64,000 nt of DNA, taken from IMG/VR virus record IMGVR_UViG_3300028569_002417, positions 1 through 64,000 of that record. One strand, given 5' to 3'. Under the pieces are notes generated by a model. The model searched no databases, had not been told where the DNA came from, and saw only the letters and a list, made by a program, of their open reading frames with translations. The position numbers and the translations under genes are program-made. Below, in pieces: positions 46,184 to 55,398 of this stretch. The first letter of the stretch is position 1. Every line of letters starts with the position of its first letter.

Positions 46184-46978
46184 ATGGTAAAATTACTGAA
46201 TTTCACAGTAATTCTATGTGGCTTCCTAATCATTTTTTCATTATATCTGAAAAAAACAAATAAATTCCAAGATATTCCTTTAGAAGAACCAATAATCGAA
46301 CAAGAATATAGAAAAAAACTACCATTAGTCGATAAAATCAATGAAAAGAACAGAAAGATAGATTCGGTTGTTGTTCATTCAATGCCTGTAAAAGTGAAAA
46401 GCAATGGTTTTTCTTTTAGGTTAAGTGGTGATCTGGCTCATAAAAAAGATAAATTCTTCCGTTTTATAGTTACAAGTAAGATAACTGGAAGAGAAATGGA
46501 CCTTGGATCAAACCAAAATATTTTCTGGTTTTGGTCAAAGAGAGTGAATCCTCCTTCACTATATTTTGCTAAACATGAGGATCTTTATAAAACCAACTTA
46601 AAAACACCTCTGAATCCTGCTTGGATGATAGAATCATTGAATGTTGGCGCAATAGATCAAAGTAAAATTTATGCCTCAAAAGAAGACGATGTATACCTTT
46701 ATCTTTACGAGAAAAGAATAACAGCAAGTGGAGAAGATTGTGTTTTTATGACAGTTATCAACAAAAAATCCGAAGAAGTTCAGTCTAGAAAACTTATGGA
46801 TATGAATTCAAATGTTATTGTCAGCACAATATACAAAGATAATATTATTTTCATTGACTGGAAAGATGAAAACGCAAGCATGGAATGGGATGTAAAAGGC
46901 AAACAAATCAATGTTCATCTGCCTGATTCATTATGGAATTTACCAGAATATAAAAACAAAGTTAATATAGGCGAATAG
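46184..46978 (+). CDS. membrane-anchored protein resembling planctomycete envelope proteins
   Basis: N-terminal TM; EMDLGSN..IFWFWSKR..PP.LYF..H and P.W.IE.L motifs (recalled, not searched). Confidence 0.6.
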   Translation: MVKLLNFTVILCGFLIIFSLYLKKTNKFQDIPLEEPIIEQEYRKKLPLVDKINEKNRKIDSVVVHSMPVKVKSNGFSFRLSGDLAHKKDKFFRFIVTSKITGREMDLGSNQNIFWFWSKRVNPPSLYFAKHEDLYKTNLKTPLNPAWMIESLNVGAIDQSKIYASKEDDVYLYLYEKRITASGEDCVFMTVINKKSEEVQSRKLMDMNSNVIVSTIYKDNIIFIDWKDENASMEWDVKGKQINVHLPDSLWNLPEYKNKVNIGE

Positions 46979-47212
46979 TTACTTTCCCAGTGATTTCTTG
47001 ATCGCATCTCTACGCAAAGCCTGAACTTTTCTTTTTTCGGCGTTAATTCCGCCAGCATTTATGGGAGCCTGAGGAGTAAGAGATTGATTCCTAACCTCAG
47101 TTGGATTTCTGGCTGATGCAATTCCACCAGTCACAGACCTAGCTGATATAACTGGTCTAATAACAGGATTTCTTCCTCTAGAAGTATTGCCTTTGCCGCA
47201 ACCACAAGCCAT
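46979..47212 (-). CDS. small basic MACGCG protein
   Basis: GGAGG SD, 77 aa. Confidence 0.7.
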   Translation of the reverse strand: MACGCGKGNTSRGRNPVIRPVISARSVTGGIASARNPTEVRNQSLTPQAPINAGGINAEKRKVQALRRDAIKKSLGK

Positions 47213-47230
47213 TTTTCCTCCATTTGTTGC

Positions 47231-47404
47231 TTACTGTTTTTCTTGTAAGCGAACTTTTGATATTTTTGACTTTCTCATATGAACAGCATTAATCAGTGCA
47301 GCCAATTCCGTTTGGCTCTTAGTTAAAGTCTGAGGCGGCTTTACAAGATCACTAGACATGCGATTCCCGCCACAACCGCAACCAGTGTTTTGTTGTGATT
47401 CCAT
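47231..47404 (-). CDS. small GCGCGG protein, 57 aa (not in track)
   Basis: MESQQNTGCGCGGNRMSSDLVKPPQ...LQEKQ; cataaata motif upstream. Confidence 0.6.
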   Translation of the reverse strand: MESQQNTGCGCGGNRMSSDLVKPPQTLTKSQTELAALINAVHMRKSKISKVRLQEKQ

Positions 47405-47417
47405 ACTCTATTTATGC

Positions 47418-48923
47418 ATGTATACAGAAAAAGAAACTGAAGAACTTATAAGCCAAGCACTGGAAAAGGCTTATCAAAAATTCCATGAGAAAAAATTTGA
47501 GATTGTTTCTGTTTTAACAGAACAAATATTAAAGATTAGTCCTAAGAATTGCAATGCATTTCAACTTCTTGGACTTTCATATAGCCAACTTGGAAGGCAT
47601 GAAGATTCTTTAATAATACTTAAAAAGTGTTTAGAATATTATCCAGAAAATTCTGAAACAATAAACGATTTGGCTTTAGCGTATTCAAACAAGGGTGATT
47701 ACGATGAAGCAATAAAACTTTTGAACAAGGCAATTGAGATTAATCCCGACACGAGTTGCTTTCATAGCAATCTTGGATTGCAATATCGACATAAACTAAA
47801 CCATGAAGAAGCACTTTCTTGTTTTCAAAAGGCATTGGAAATTAAAAGGGAAGCAACAACACTTGCGATGATTGGTGGATGTTATGGTGAATTGAAAAAT
47901 ATGGATGAAGCAGAAAAATATATCCTTCAAGCAATTGAGATGAAGCCAGATTTCGCCGCAGCCCATGTTGATCTTGCTTCAGTACTAAAACTTAAAGGAA
48001 AATGGCACGAAGGATTTATCGAATATGAATGGCGATATGATGTTTATGATCAACTGAAAGTATGGAAAAAAATATATAACCCTGAGAAAAAATGGCATGG
48101 TCAAGACATAAAAGACAAAAGGATTTTAGTTCACACAGAACAAGGACATGGTGATGCAATTCATTTCGTAAGATATTTACAAAAGTTAAGGGAAATGAAT
48201 ACTTATGTAATTTTACATTGCTCTGAAATCCTAAAGCCTATTTTCACTGAACTAGCTGATGAAATTTTTACCAAAGACCCAAATTTAATTTCTTCTTGGG
48301 AAGATCAGAAAAGCGATGTGCCTTTGCATGATTATCATTGTTCTGTAATGAGTCTTCCCAATTTATTGCATTCAATAGTCACATATAGATCTTACATTAA
48401 TCATCCCGATTCTTTTGATTTAAGTGAATACAAACAATTTAATAAAATTGGAATTGTTTGGGCAGGCAATCCTCAACATCCAAACGATAAAGAAAGAAGT
48501 TGTAAACTTAGTAATTTCAAAGAAATAGCTAAAATTGAGAATGTTAAGCTTTTCAGTCTTATGAAAGACACAAGGCCCAGAGCTTATTCTCATGATGGCA
48601 AGATAATCGACTTGACTGAAGGATGCGAAGAAATGGGAGTTGTTGATTTGTCAAGTCACATCAATGATTTTGGAGACACAGCTTCGATTATAAATTCACT
48701 TGATTTGATAATTGGAGTTGATACCGCAGTTATGCATCTTGCTGCCTCTATGGGCAAAACATGTGTTCTATTGTTGCCATGGAATCCAGATTGGCGTTGG
48801 GAAATCGATGGTGAATTTAGTATTTGGTATGGATCAATGCATCTTTTGAGGCAAAAAGAAAAAAGTGAATGGGACTCAGTCTTTGCTGAAGCTAAAGATA
48901 TTGTGGAAAAATATTTTAATTAA
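47418..48923 (+). CDS. TPR-repeat protein with C-terminal GT9-like domain
   Basis: TPRs, EYEWR, EQGHGDAIHF.RY, IGIVWAGNP.H.ND, DLIIGVDTAVMHLAASMG, DWRW. Confidence 0.9.
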   Translation: MYTEKETEELISQALEKAYQKFHEKKFEIVSVLTEQILKISPKNCNAFQLLGLSYSQLGRHEDSLIILKKCLEYYPENSETINDLALAYSNKGDYDEAIKLLNKAIEINPDTSCFHSNLGLQYRHKLNHEEALSCFQKALEIKREATTLAMIGGCYGELKNMDEAEKYILQAIEMKPDFAAAHVDLASVLKLKGKWHEGFIEYEWRYDVYDQLKVWKKIYNPEKKWHGQDIKDKRILVHTEQGHGDAIHFVRYLQKLREMNTYVILHCSEILKPIFTELADEIFTKDPNLISSWEDQKSDVPLHDYHCSVMSLPNLLHSIVTYRSYINHPDSFDLSEYKQFNKIGIVWAGNPQHPNDKERSCKLSNFKEIAKIENVKLFSLMKDTRPRAYSHDGKIIDLTEGCEEMGVVDLSSHINDFGDTASIINSLDLIIGVDTAVMHLAASMGKTCVLLLPWNPDWRWEIDGEFSIWYGSMHLLRQKEKSEWDSVFAEAKDIVEKYFN

Positions 48924-48951
48924 AAAAGGGCATGTCAATCGACATGCCCTT
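48924..48951. terminator. terminator-like hairpin
   Basis: aagggcatgtc-aatc-gacatgccctt. Confidence 0.7.
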
Positions 48952-48975
48952 CAGAAGAATTTACTTCTATTTTAA

Positions 48976-49338
48976 TCAGCGACTGTTTGTTGGACGAGAA
49001 ACAGTGGTTGAACTCTGTGTCTGTGTTGGAATTGCAGCAACAGATGACTTCTTTGCAGCCTTCTTTGCGGCTGTGGTCTTTGTCGCAGTTGTCTTTGCTG
49101 CGACCTTAGGCTTTGCAGCCTTAGCTTCTTCACCGAAGTTTACATCGGCAAAGCCATAAGTCTTGGCGAAGTTGCGAGCAGCGCCAACGACCGCAGAGCG
49201 GGTTGGGAACTGGGTGCTGTCATCAGACTTGCGAACAAGCTTAAAAGGACGGCCACCACACATGCTAACGGTTCCTTCGTAGATTTCACCAGTTGTGATC
49301 TTACGAGTGGTAATGCGGACAGGTAGAGTATTGCTCAT
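48976..49338 (-). CDS. basic protein with histone-like AKK/TKT tail
   Basis: AKAAKPKVAAKTTATKTTAAKKAAKK. Confidence 0.7.
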   Translation of the reverse strand: MSNTLPVRITTRKITTGEIYEGTVSMCGGRPFKLVRKSDDSTQFPTRSAVVGAARNFAKTYGFADVNFGEEAKAAKPKVAAKTTATKTTAAKKAAKKSSVAAIPTQTQSSTTVSRPTNSR

Positions 49339-49427
49339 TGTGAAACTTGACCTTTCATTCGTCTTATTCCGTCAAAAATTGACGGATTATTAAAGTTATC
49401 CCGTCAACGGTAGACGGATTACTAAAA

Positions 49428-49456
49428 ATTCTATAATTGTCATAGTGTGAAGTCAA
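49428..49456 (-). promoter_or_regulatory. sigma70-type promoter
   Basis: TTGACT-17-TAGAAT followed by leader hairpins at 49366-49420. Confidence 0.7.
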
Positions 49457-49686
49457 GAATATTTTCTACATTACTTCTTAATTTAACTAAAATTTTTCAT
49501 TTTTTCTAAATTACTTCCTCATTTTTTGAAACGAAGAATAAATAAATTAAATAACTCTTTTGATGATGAGTTAAACAAGTTTTGGCTTGCATCTATAATT
49601 TGTGGCTTCATATGTGATAAATTTCACAAATTGCATACATATTAACATGTGAGTCAATTCATGTAAATTATGAAGCGAGGAAATTT

Positions 49687-49905
49687 ATGAATACATTTGT
49701 AAAATGGGCTGAAAAAACCAAGAAAGAACTTCCTGTTTATCAGCAAGAAGAAGCTGGATCACAGAGAAGAGCAGGAATCGCATATTGGGCCTATCCTGAC
49801 GCTTATGTTCGCAACCAATATCCAGACGCATATTTCACTCCTTACGCTGCTGATGCACTATTTAAGTTGGGTTATGGTAAGGGCGGACCAAAGGCAGGAA
49901 AATAA
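49687..49905 (+). CDS. small putative head protein (paralog 1)
   Basis: MNTFVKWAE; GIAYWAYPDAY. Confidence 0.75.
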   Translation: MNTFVKWAEKTKKELPVYQQEEAGSQRRAGIAYWAYPDAYVRNQYPDAYFTPYAADALFKLGYGKGGPKAGK

Positions 49906-49907
49906 TA

Positions 49908-50213
49908 ATGAAAAGCTTTATTCAATGGGCTGGTGACAATAAGGCAGAATTACCAGTTTACAAACAAGATGAAGGCGGCAGTATCGCAAGGAACGGTATT
50001 GCTCATTGGGCTTATCCTGATGGATATATAAGAAGTCATTATCCTGACGCATACTTTATGAGTCGTGCTGCTGATGCACTATGGAAGATGTCACCCGGAC
50101 CTCCTATTACAAAGCACAAGCATCATGTTAGCCATAAAACTCCACCTGATTATGCACTTGGGACTAATGGCGAACTAGAGTACGAAAAGGAAAGAGACTA
50201 CGATACAGATTGA
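49908..50213 (+). CDS. small putative head protein (paralog 2)
   Basis: MKSFIQWA; GIAHWAYPDGY. Confidence 0.75.
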   Translation: MKSFIQWAGDNKAELPVYKQDEGGSIARNGIAHWAYPDGYIRSHYPDAYFMSRAADALWKMSPGPPITKHKHHVSHKTPPDYALGTNGELEYEKERDYDTD

Positions 50214-50223
50214 AAAATGAATT

Positions 50224-50270
50224 TTTCTAGTTCAAGTCGATATCAACAAAGACTTGAACTAGAAATTTTT
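50224..50270. terminator. long hairpin between convergent genes
   Basis: tttctagttcaagtc...gacttgaactagaaa. Confidence 0.65.
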
Positions 50271-50273
50271 ATA

Positions 50274-50594
50274 TCATTTCGCTTTTTTCACTCTCTTTTT
50301 TTGATCTTCATCGTTTATGCTTTGAACATCATTGGGAACCATTTGTGGAACTCTTTCCCAATAAGCCCATTGATCATCGTTCTGAGGATTTTGGAAAACC
50401 ATTCCTTTTTTCCAATACTTATTGAGAAGTTCTTCAACTCGTTCTTTTGAAAGTCCTGACTCCTTAGCAATTGCAGCCACACTTCGCCATTGCCATTTAG
50501 GATTACGACCAAGAGCAATAAAAAACTCTTGTTCTTCATCACCAGCTTTGCATCCTTGTGGATAGACATCAGGCCATTTTGGAAGTTTTTTCAT
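50274..50594 (-). CDS. winged HTH-like DNA-binding protein
   Basis: WRSVAAIAKESGLSKERVEELL....KGMV. Confidence 0.6.
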   Translation of the reverse strand: MKKLPKWPDVYPQGCKAGDEEQEFFIALGRNPKWQWRSVAAIAKESGLSKERVEELLNKYWKKGMVFQNPQNDDQWAYWERVPQMVPNDVQSINDEDQKKRVKKAK

Positions 50595-50688
50595 AATTAC
50601 CTCTAAAAACTATATTACCAACATACTATAATATCAAGAAGTCTGGATAAATTCCAAATTTTTTGAAGCAAGAACAAGCGAGGTAGAA

Positions 50689-51180
50689 ATGAAATATGCA
50701 CCAAGAGCCAATCGACATGAACGCCGTCAAATGCACGCTGAAAAACTAGCTAGCGATCTTGGCGGATCAGGTCTTTATATATATGAAAATAACACGGACG
50801 GCGACCTGAAGCTGCCCAAGTCAACACCAACAGGTGTTAGGTCTATAGGACCAAGAAAACGCTTTCAGGGAGATAGTTATTTTATGAGTTTGGTAGGATC
50901 GCCAATGAACCTTCTTCGCTTGATTGAAGAAATTACACCAAAAAAGACTACTCAAGAAATTGCTGACGAAATCGCTCATAAAAAGGAGGATAAAACAATG
51001 GCAGAACACAAATTGATTCTCGATCAACCAGATACTATCACCAACAAGGGCAAAATTGAACATGTTGTTTCAAACGACAGCCCAGTTCAACCTCTAAATG
51101 ATTCTTCTGGCGCAAAACCTCATGGAGATGTTCTTCTTAACGAGAACCCTCTTGATGGCGTTGCTATTATCAAGAACTGA
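50689..51180 (+). CDS. hypothetical protein
   Basis: GAGG SD, 163 aa. Confidence 0.7.
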   Translation: MKYAPRANRHERRQMHAEKLASDLGGSGLYIYENNTDGDLKLPKSTPTGVRSIGPRKRFQGDSYFMSLVGSPMNLLRLIEEITPKKTTQEIADEIAHKKEDKTMAEHKLILDQPDTITNKGKIEHVVSNDSPVQPLNDSSGAKPHGDVLLNENPLDGVAIIKN

Positions 51181-51198
51181 TAATTAACTACCAAAAAT

Positions 51199-51231
51199 AA
51201 AAATAGCTCTGCCATAAGCAGGGCTATTTTT
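51199..51231. terminator. bidirectional terminator
   Basis: aaaaatagctctgc-cataa-gcagggctattttt. Confidence 0.75.
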
Positions 51232-51239
51232 ATGAAAAC

Positions 51240-51728
51240 TCAATATCCTCTTTGCTTAATCCATTCACCAAATGATTTAATTTGAGGTAATCTTTTATTT
51301 ATTTTGTTCTTAAAATAAAACCAATTTAACTTAAATCTTGGATGCAAACTCATCTTTTCCACTTCATCAAGATTAGCCCAACTATAATCGCTATGTTCAT
51401 CTGATAAAGTCACGTCAAAAGGCTTATCGATTGCGTAAAAGAATGTATGAAAATGATGACGACCATCAGCATCATCGTAATGACCGAATCGATAACCCGT
51501 AAAATTACCACACTCTTCTCTTGCTTCCCTTTGAGCAGCATCAATTATATTTTCGCCATTCTCAACTTTTCCTCCGGGTATGCTCCACTTGCCAAAATGG
51601 TCACCCTTCTCTGCTCTTTTGAGCAGAAGTATTTTTTTCCCATCAGTAAAGATGATACCAGCGCCTGCCTTGCCCCAATATTTTTTCCCATCTTTGCCAA
51701 TGTGATGATACTGCTCATACAAATTCAT
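51240..51728 (-). CDS. NUDIX hydrolase
   Basis: Nudix box PGGKVENGENIIDAAQREAREECG, LSDEHSDYSW, LHP. Confidence 0.92.
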   Translation of the reverse strand: MNLYEQYHHIGKDGKKYWGKAGAGIIFTDGKKILLLKRAEKGDHFGKWSIPGGKVENGENIIDAAQREAREECGNFTGYRFGHYDDADGRHHFHTFFYAIDKPFDVTLSDEHSDYSWANLDEVEKMSLHPRFKLNWFYFKNKINKRLPQIKSFGEWIKQRGY

Positions 51729-52318
51729 CGCTTAGGGCCTCTCTTCAAAGCAACAGGCTTAAGCTTTTCCCGATGTTTATCAGGTTGGTCTTTTAAGTGA
51801 TGCATAGTGTTGATTACTTCTTTACTAATTTCCGATGCAGATTTACCAGTACACCTCTCAGACTTCGATATGCTTATCGTGTTTCTATCACGATTGTAAT
51901 TACCTTTACTCAAAACAAAACACTTATGGTCAGGATGCCATGTGACACATCCAGCCCACTCTCCATCATCCCAATTTCTCGATGAAACCAAAAGCCTCAA
52001 AGGCTTTTGTGTGTAAACATGCTTGGTGTGATAACCAGCATTTTTAAGAGCAGCACTAATATATCCCAAACAAATCTTCGCAAAACCCTCAAGAACCTCA
52101 TCTGCATTAGTTCTGTAATTAACCTCAACCGAATATCTCGAAAGTTCAGCCGCCTCAATCAAATTTTCTTTCCTATATTCCTTAACAGTTTTCATATTTC
52201 CACGCAAAACTGATCCAAAATATTGGATGCATTCATCAAGGAACTCTTTTTTGCTTACAATTTGAAGCTGGGTTCCTTCCAGATCTTGTTCTTTTCGCCA
52301 ATCATCAAATTTTTTCAT
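51725..52318 (-). CDS. hypothetical putative head protein
   Basis: GAGGA SD before MKKFDDWRKE. Confidence 0.7.
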   Translation of the reverse strand: MKKFDDWRKEQDLEGTQLQIVSKKEFLDECIQYFGSVLRGNMKTVKEYRKENLIEAAELSRYSVEVNYRTNADEVLEGFAKICLGYISAALKNAGYHTKHVYTQKPLRLLVSSRNWDDGEWAGCVTWHPDHKCFVLSKGNYNRDRNTISISKSERCTGKSASEISKEVINTMHHLKDQPDKHREKLKPVALKRGPKR

Positions 52319-52342
52319 GTGATCCTCATGCTTATATATTGC

Positions 52343-52993
52343 ATGATACATCTTAATTTCTCCAACTGGCTACAAATCGAAGAACAGTCAACTGTAGGCA
52401 CTGAATTAGTTAATGCTTCACAGGTTCTTGCAAAATATGCAAAGATAAAAGATAGCATTGAACTTGTCAGAATGTATGACCAAAAATTAGATCCAGATCA
52501 TAAACTTTTATACAATATATCAACAATTGCAGATCTGCACTCAGGTAAAGCATTTGGTATGTTCATTAACACGGAAAACTCAAATGTCATTGGGCAAGAT
52601 GTAATGGATCAAATCAGGAAAATTTATCCGAACGACCCATTAATTGATAAGAAAGTCCAAAAACTTTCAAGGAAACAAATATTGGATCACCTTCCAGATG
52701 AAGCAAAAAAAACAATCAACCCCAAAAAAATCATTGCATCATCAATAATAAGAATCGATGTTGATGATCACATCAAGAAATATGGAGACAGTCCTGCTGC
52801 AATAATAGAAATTGCTAGCACGATAGCTCACGAAGCAACACATGTAATCGAATATCGTGACAAAGGTGAAACATTTGATGGACCCGGAACTATGGTTCAA
52901 CAAGCAGAATCATCATTCAAAGCATGGGTAAAGCAAAATTGGAATATGCTCTCTCAAAGATTTGGATTCAGCGGACCATATCCCTTTTCCTAG
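52343..52993 (+). CDS. HExxH metallopeptidase-like protein with capsid-targeting-like leader
   Basis: MIHLNFSNWLQIEE; ASTIAHEATHVIE. Confidence 0.7.
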   Translation: MIHLNFSNWLQIEEQSTVGTELVNASQVLAKYAKIKDSIELVRMYDQKLDPDHKLLYNISTIADLHSGKAFGMFINTENSNVIGQDVMDQIRKIYPNDPLIDKKVQKLSRKQILDHLPDEAKKTINPKKIIASSIIRIDVDDHIKKYGDSPAAIIEIASTIAHEATHVIEYRDKGETFDGPGTMVQQAESSFKAWVKQNWNMLSQRFGFSGPYPFS

Positions 52994-53022
52994 TTTACAA
53001 AAAAACATGTTCAACATATAAT
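52994..53022 (+). promoter_or_regulatory. sigma70-type promoter
   Basis: TTTACA-17-TATAAT, then AAGGAG SD. Confidence 0.7.
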
Positions 53023-53039
53023 CACTACCATCAAGGAGA

Positions 53040-53633
53040 ATGATTATGAAGAACAAAGGTTTTGAAGCTTGGAAAGCTCGTCTCGACTGGTTCAAAAGCG
53101 AATACCCATTTGGACCAATTCAACGATTTACAAATGAAGATGGACGATTGCATCGTGACAATGGACCAGCACTCATTAGCCCAACCCGAATCACATACTA
53201 CCAAAACGGCAGAAAACATGGAATCGATGCCGATAAATTTGGTTCAATCAACTTTTATTACGAAAACATCAGGATTCCACCTCATTTTTACCACAAGCCA
53301 GAAAATTTAACCATTGATGAGGTTTTCTCTCACAGCAACGCCGAAGTTCGGTATGTGGGAATGAAAATAATTGGTTTTGATAAGGTCATGGAAGACTCAA
53401 GAACCAAAATCATTGATCGGTGCAATGACACAGGAATGGTTCTTTTCCAAATCGATGGTATTTTCGATGAACCAGTAAGCTATCTAAAAGTCATAAACAG
53501 CACTCAAGAACCAGATGGTAGCTATAAAAACTACTACCTTTGCGTTCCACCTGAAGCAAAAAAATGCAAAGAAGCTGTTGCATGGACATTCGGAATGAAT
53601 GCAGATGAATACCAACCAGCACAAGAAACTTAA
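53040..53633 (+). CDS. DUF6745-like protein
   Basis: GRLHRDNGPAL, NAEVR, VINSTQEPDGSYK.YYL.VPP...EAVAWTFG...YQP..ET. Confidence 0.8.
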   Translation: MIMKNKGFEAWKARLDWFKSEYPFGPIQRFTNEDGRLHRDNGPALISPTRITYYQNGRKHGIDADKFGSINFYYENIRIPPHFYHKPENLTIDEVFSHSNAEVRYVGMKIIGFDKVMEDSRTKIIDRCNDTGMVLFQIDGIFDEPVSYLKVINSTQEPDGSYKNYYLCVPPEAKKCKEAVAWTFGMNADEYQPAQET

Positions 53634-53663
53634 GATATTTGAATACATATCGCAAGGAGTATT

Positions 53664-54392
53664 ATGAAAAAATTAAACGAAATGCAATATTTGGCTGGCG
53701 TAATCAATCAAGATCATTATTATGATGCGGGTCATGATAAGAATTCAATTAAAAAAATGACCCGTAGAATCAATAGAATTATTGAAAATATCAACGAAGC
53801 ATTAGAAGATGCAAAAAAATCAGCAGAATCAGAAGAATCAGAAAAAAATGCTGATGTTTCAAAGGAAAAATCTTCCGCTGTAGGATTTTTCAACCATCTA
53901 AGAAACGAAATTAAAGAAGATGAAATCGCCAGAATGTCACCAGCACAAATCGCCCAAAAAGGCGAAAAAGCTAAAAGCAAAATAGCAGAATTCAAACGAC
54001 AATTTGAAGCAAAATATCCAGAAGCCGCCTCTAAACTGAAAAAAGAAGCACAAAGTGATGCTCAGTCATTAAGAGGAGAACTACCTCCCACAACAGAAAG
54101 CATTATGGGAATGCTGGGCAAAGGCGCAGCTATGATCGGAGGAGCATTATTCTGGGCTGCATGGAAAGCAATTAAATTCATCTTGCTTCAAATATTAAAG
54201 GTAGTCATAAAAATTGCCAAAAACATCTTCACAACCCACGGCAAAGGCGTACTTCCTTTTGTCACAATATGTGGAGCAATCATATTCCCTTGGCTAGGAT
54301 TTGTTCAAGATCCTATTTTTCTCATCCCTGCTGGCATTTACTATATGGTCATAACAATTGGCGCTCTACTAAAAATCGGCGAACACGAGTAA
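53664..54392 (+). CDS. membrane protein with LAGVIN N-terminal motif
   Basis: MKKLNEMQYLAGVIN; C-terminal TM helices. Confidence 0.7.
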   Translation: MKKLNEMQYLAGVINQDHYYDAGHDKNSIKKMTRRINRIIENINEALEDAKKSAESEESEKNADVSKEKSSAVGFFNHLRNEIKEDEIARMSPAQIAQKGEKAKSKIAEFKRQFEAKYPEAASKLKKEAQSDAQSLRGELPPTTESIMGMLGKGAAMIGGALFWAAWKAIKFILLQILKVVIKIAKNIFTTHGKGVLPFVTICGAIIFPWLGFVQDPIFLIPAGIYYMVITIGALLKIGEHE

Positions 54393-54401
54393 AGATTTTT
54401 A

Positions 54402-54430
54402 TTTACAACACGACGAAATCCGCATATACT
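54402..54430 (+). promoter_or_regulatory. sigma70-type promoter
   Basis: TTTACA-17-TATACT. Confidence 0.65.
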
Positions 54431-54464
54431 AAAAATGCGACGATGAAACCAAAAGGAGAAATCC

Positions 54465-54785
54465 ATGCAGGCAAGACAAGGTGACATTTTCTTCAAGTCT
54501 GTCAAGGATATCCCATCCAAGACTAAACCACACAAAACCAATATCCTCGCCTATGGCGAGGTTACTGGTCATAGCCACAAAATTTCATCTCCATCAATCA
54601 GTGAGATGGAATCTGTAGTAGACGAAAAGGGCGACATCTATGTCCGCTCACTAAAATGTGACGTTACTATCACTCACGATGAACATAATTCCATAACACT
54701 CCCAATGGGGGAATGGATCTGTGTTTCTCGCCAAAAGGAATATGATCCCCTTTCGGCAAATCGTGAACGTCAAGTGGCCGATTAA
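54465..54785 (+). CDS. RQGD...GEVTGH protein (usual DUF6745 partner)
   Basis: RQGDI, LAYGEVTGHSH, HDEH, RQKEY...RQVAD. Confidence 0.8.
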   Translation: MQARQGDIFFKSVKDIPSKTKPHKTNILAYGEVTGHSHKISSPSISEMESVVDEKGDIYVRSLKCDVTITHDEHNSITLPMGEWICVSRQKEYDPLSANRERQVAD

Positions 54786-54818
54786 TCAATAGCTATCACC
54801 ATAAAGGAAGGATCTATC

Positions 54819-55133
54819 ATGGCTGTTAAGCGAAGCTTTGCCCGTGTATCACCAGAAAAGTCAACTGGCAGCAATATGGCTGCAATTATGCAAGAGTACA
54901 TTGGACAGCCTGTGGCTATCCTCTGCGCTCGTTTTAATTATCGGGGAATCCTGAGTAAGGTAACAGACGATTGTGTCATCCTAGCCCAAGCTAGGGCCGT
55001 AGAAAGCAGCGGCGCTAGCAATAGCGAAAAACCTAACTCAGAAGATCCAATCGGAAGCTCAGTTATTATCAGCTTAAATGCTGTGGAACTGATTTATCAG
55101 CCGGAATGGTGTCGGTTTGAAATGGATAATTAA
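54819..55133 (+). CDS. Sm/LSm-like fold protein
   Basis: helix then YIGQPVAI...YRGIL..V.DDCVIL..A (Sm1-like) and VIISLNAVE (Sm2-like). Confidence 0.55.
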   Translation: MAVKRSFARVSPEKSTGSNMAAIMQEYIGQPVAILCARFNYRGILSKVTDDCVILAQARAVESSGASNSEKPNSEDPIGSSVIISLNAVELIYQPEWCRFEMDN

Positions 55134-55168
55134 TGCATCAAATAGGCTGTTAAACAAAAAATCATTCA

Positions 55169-55199
55169 CCACTCGCAATAAAATGTGAGTGGTTTTTTT
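55169..55199 (+). terminator. intrinsic terminator
   Basis: ccactcgca-ataaaa-tgtgagtgg followed by T7. Confidence 0.7.
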
Positions 55200-55225
55200 G
55201 TTGATTTAATCTATAATTAAAAGTG

Positions 55226-55396
55226 ATGAATTCAGTTGCTATTTCTAATTGTTGGTTTATGCAATGCAATATCTGTCAAAACATTTCTTTCTGTTGGGAG
55301 CTAAATTGGAATGTTTCGATGATTGGCAAAGATGATTGGAAAAGAAATAGTTTTATGAGTAGTTGTTTCAAAGGCGATAAATGTTATTTCAAATAA
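55226..55396 (+). CDS. Trp/Cys-rich microprotein, 56 aa (not in track)
   Basis: MNSVAISNCWFMQCNICQNISFCWELNWNVSMIGKDDWKRNSFMSSCFKGDKCYFK. Confidence 0.45.
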   Translation: MNSVAISNCWFMQCNICQNISFCWELNWNVSMIGKDDWKRNSFMSSCFKGDKCYFK

Positions 55397-55398
55397 TC

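Noticed and set aside
49340-49690. tRNA or other structured RNA gene in the largest intergenic gap
   Set aside because: No cloverleaf or T-loop motif seen; the region is explained by promoters, leader hairpins and AT-rich spacer.
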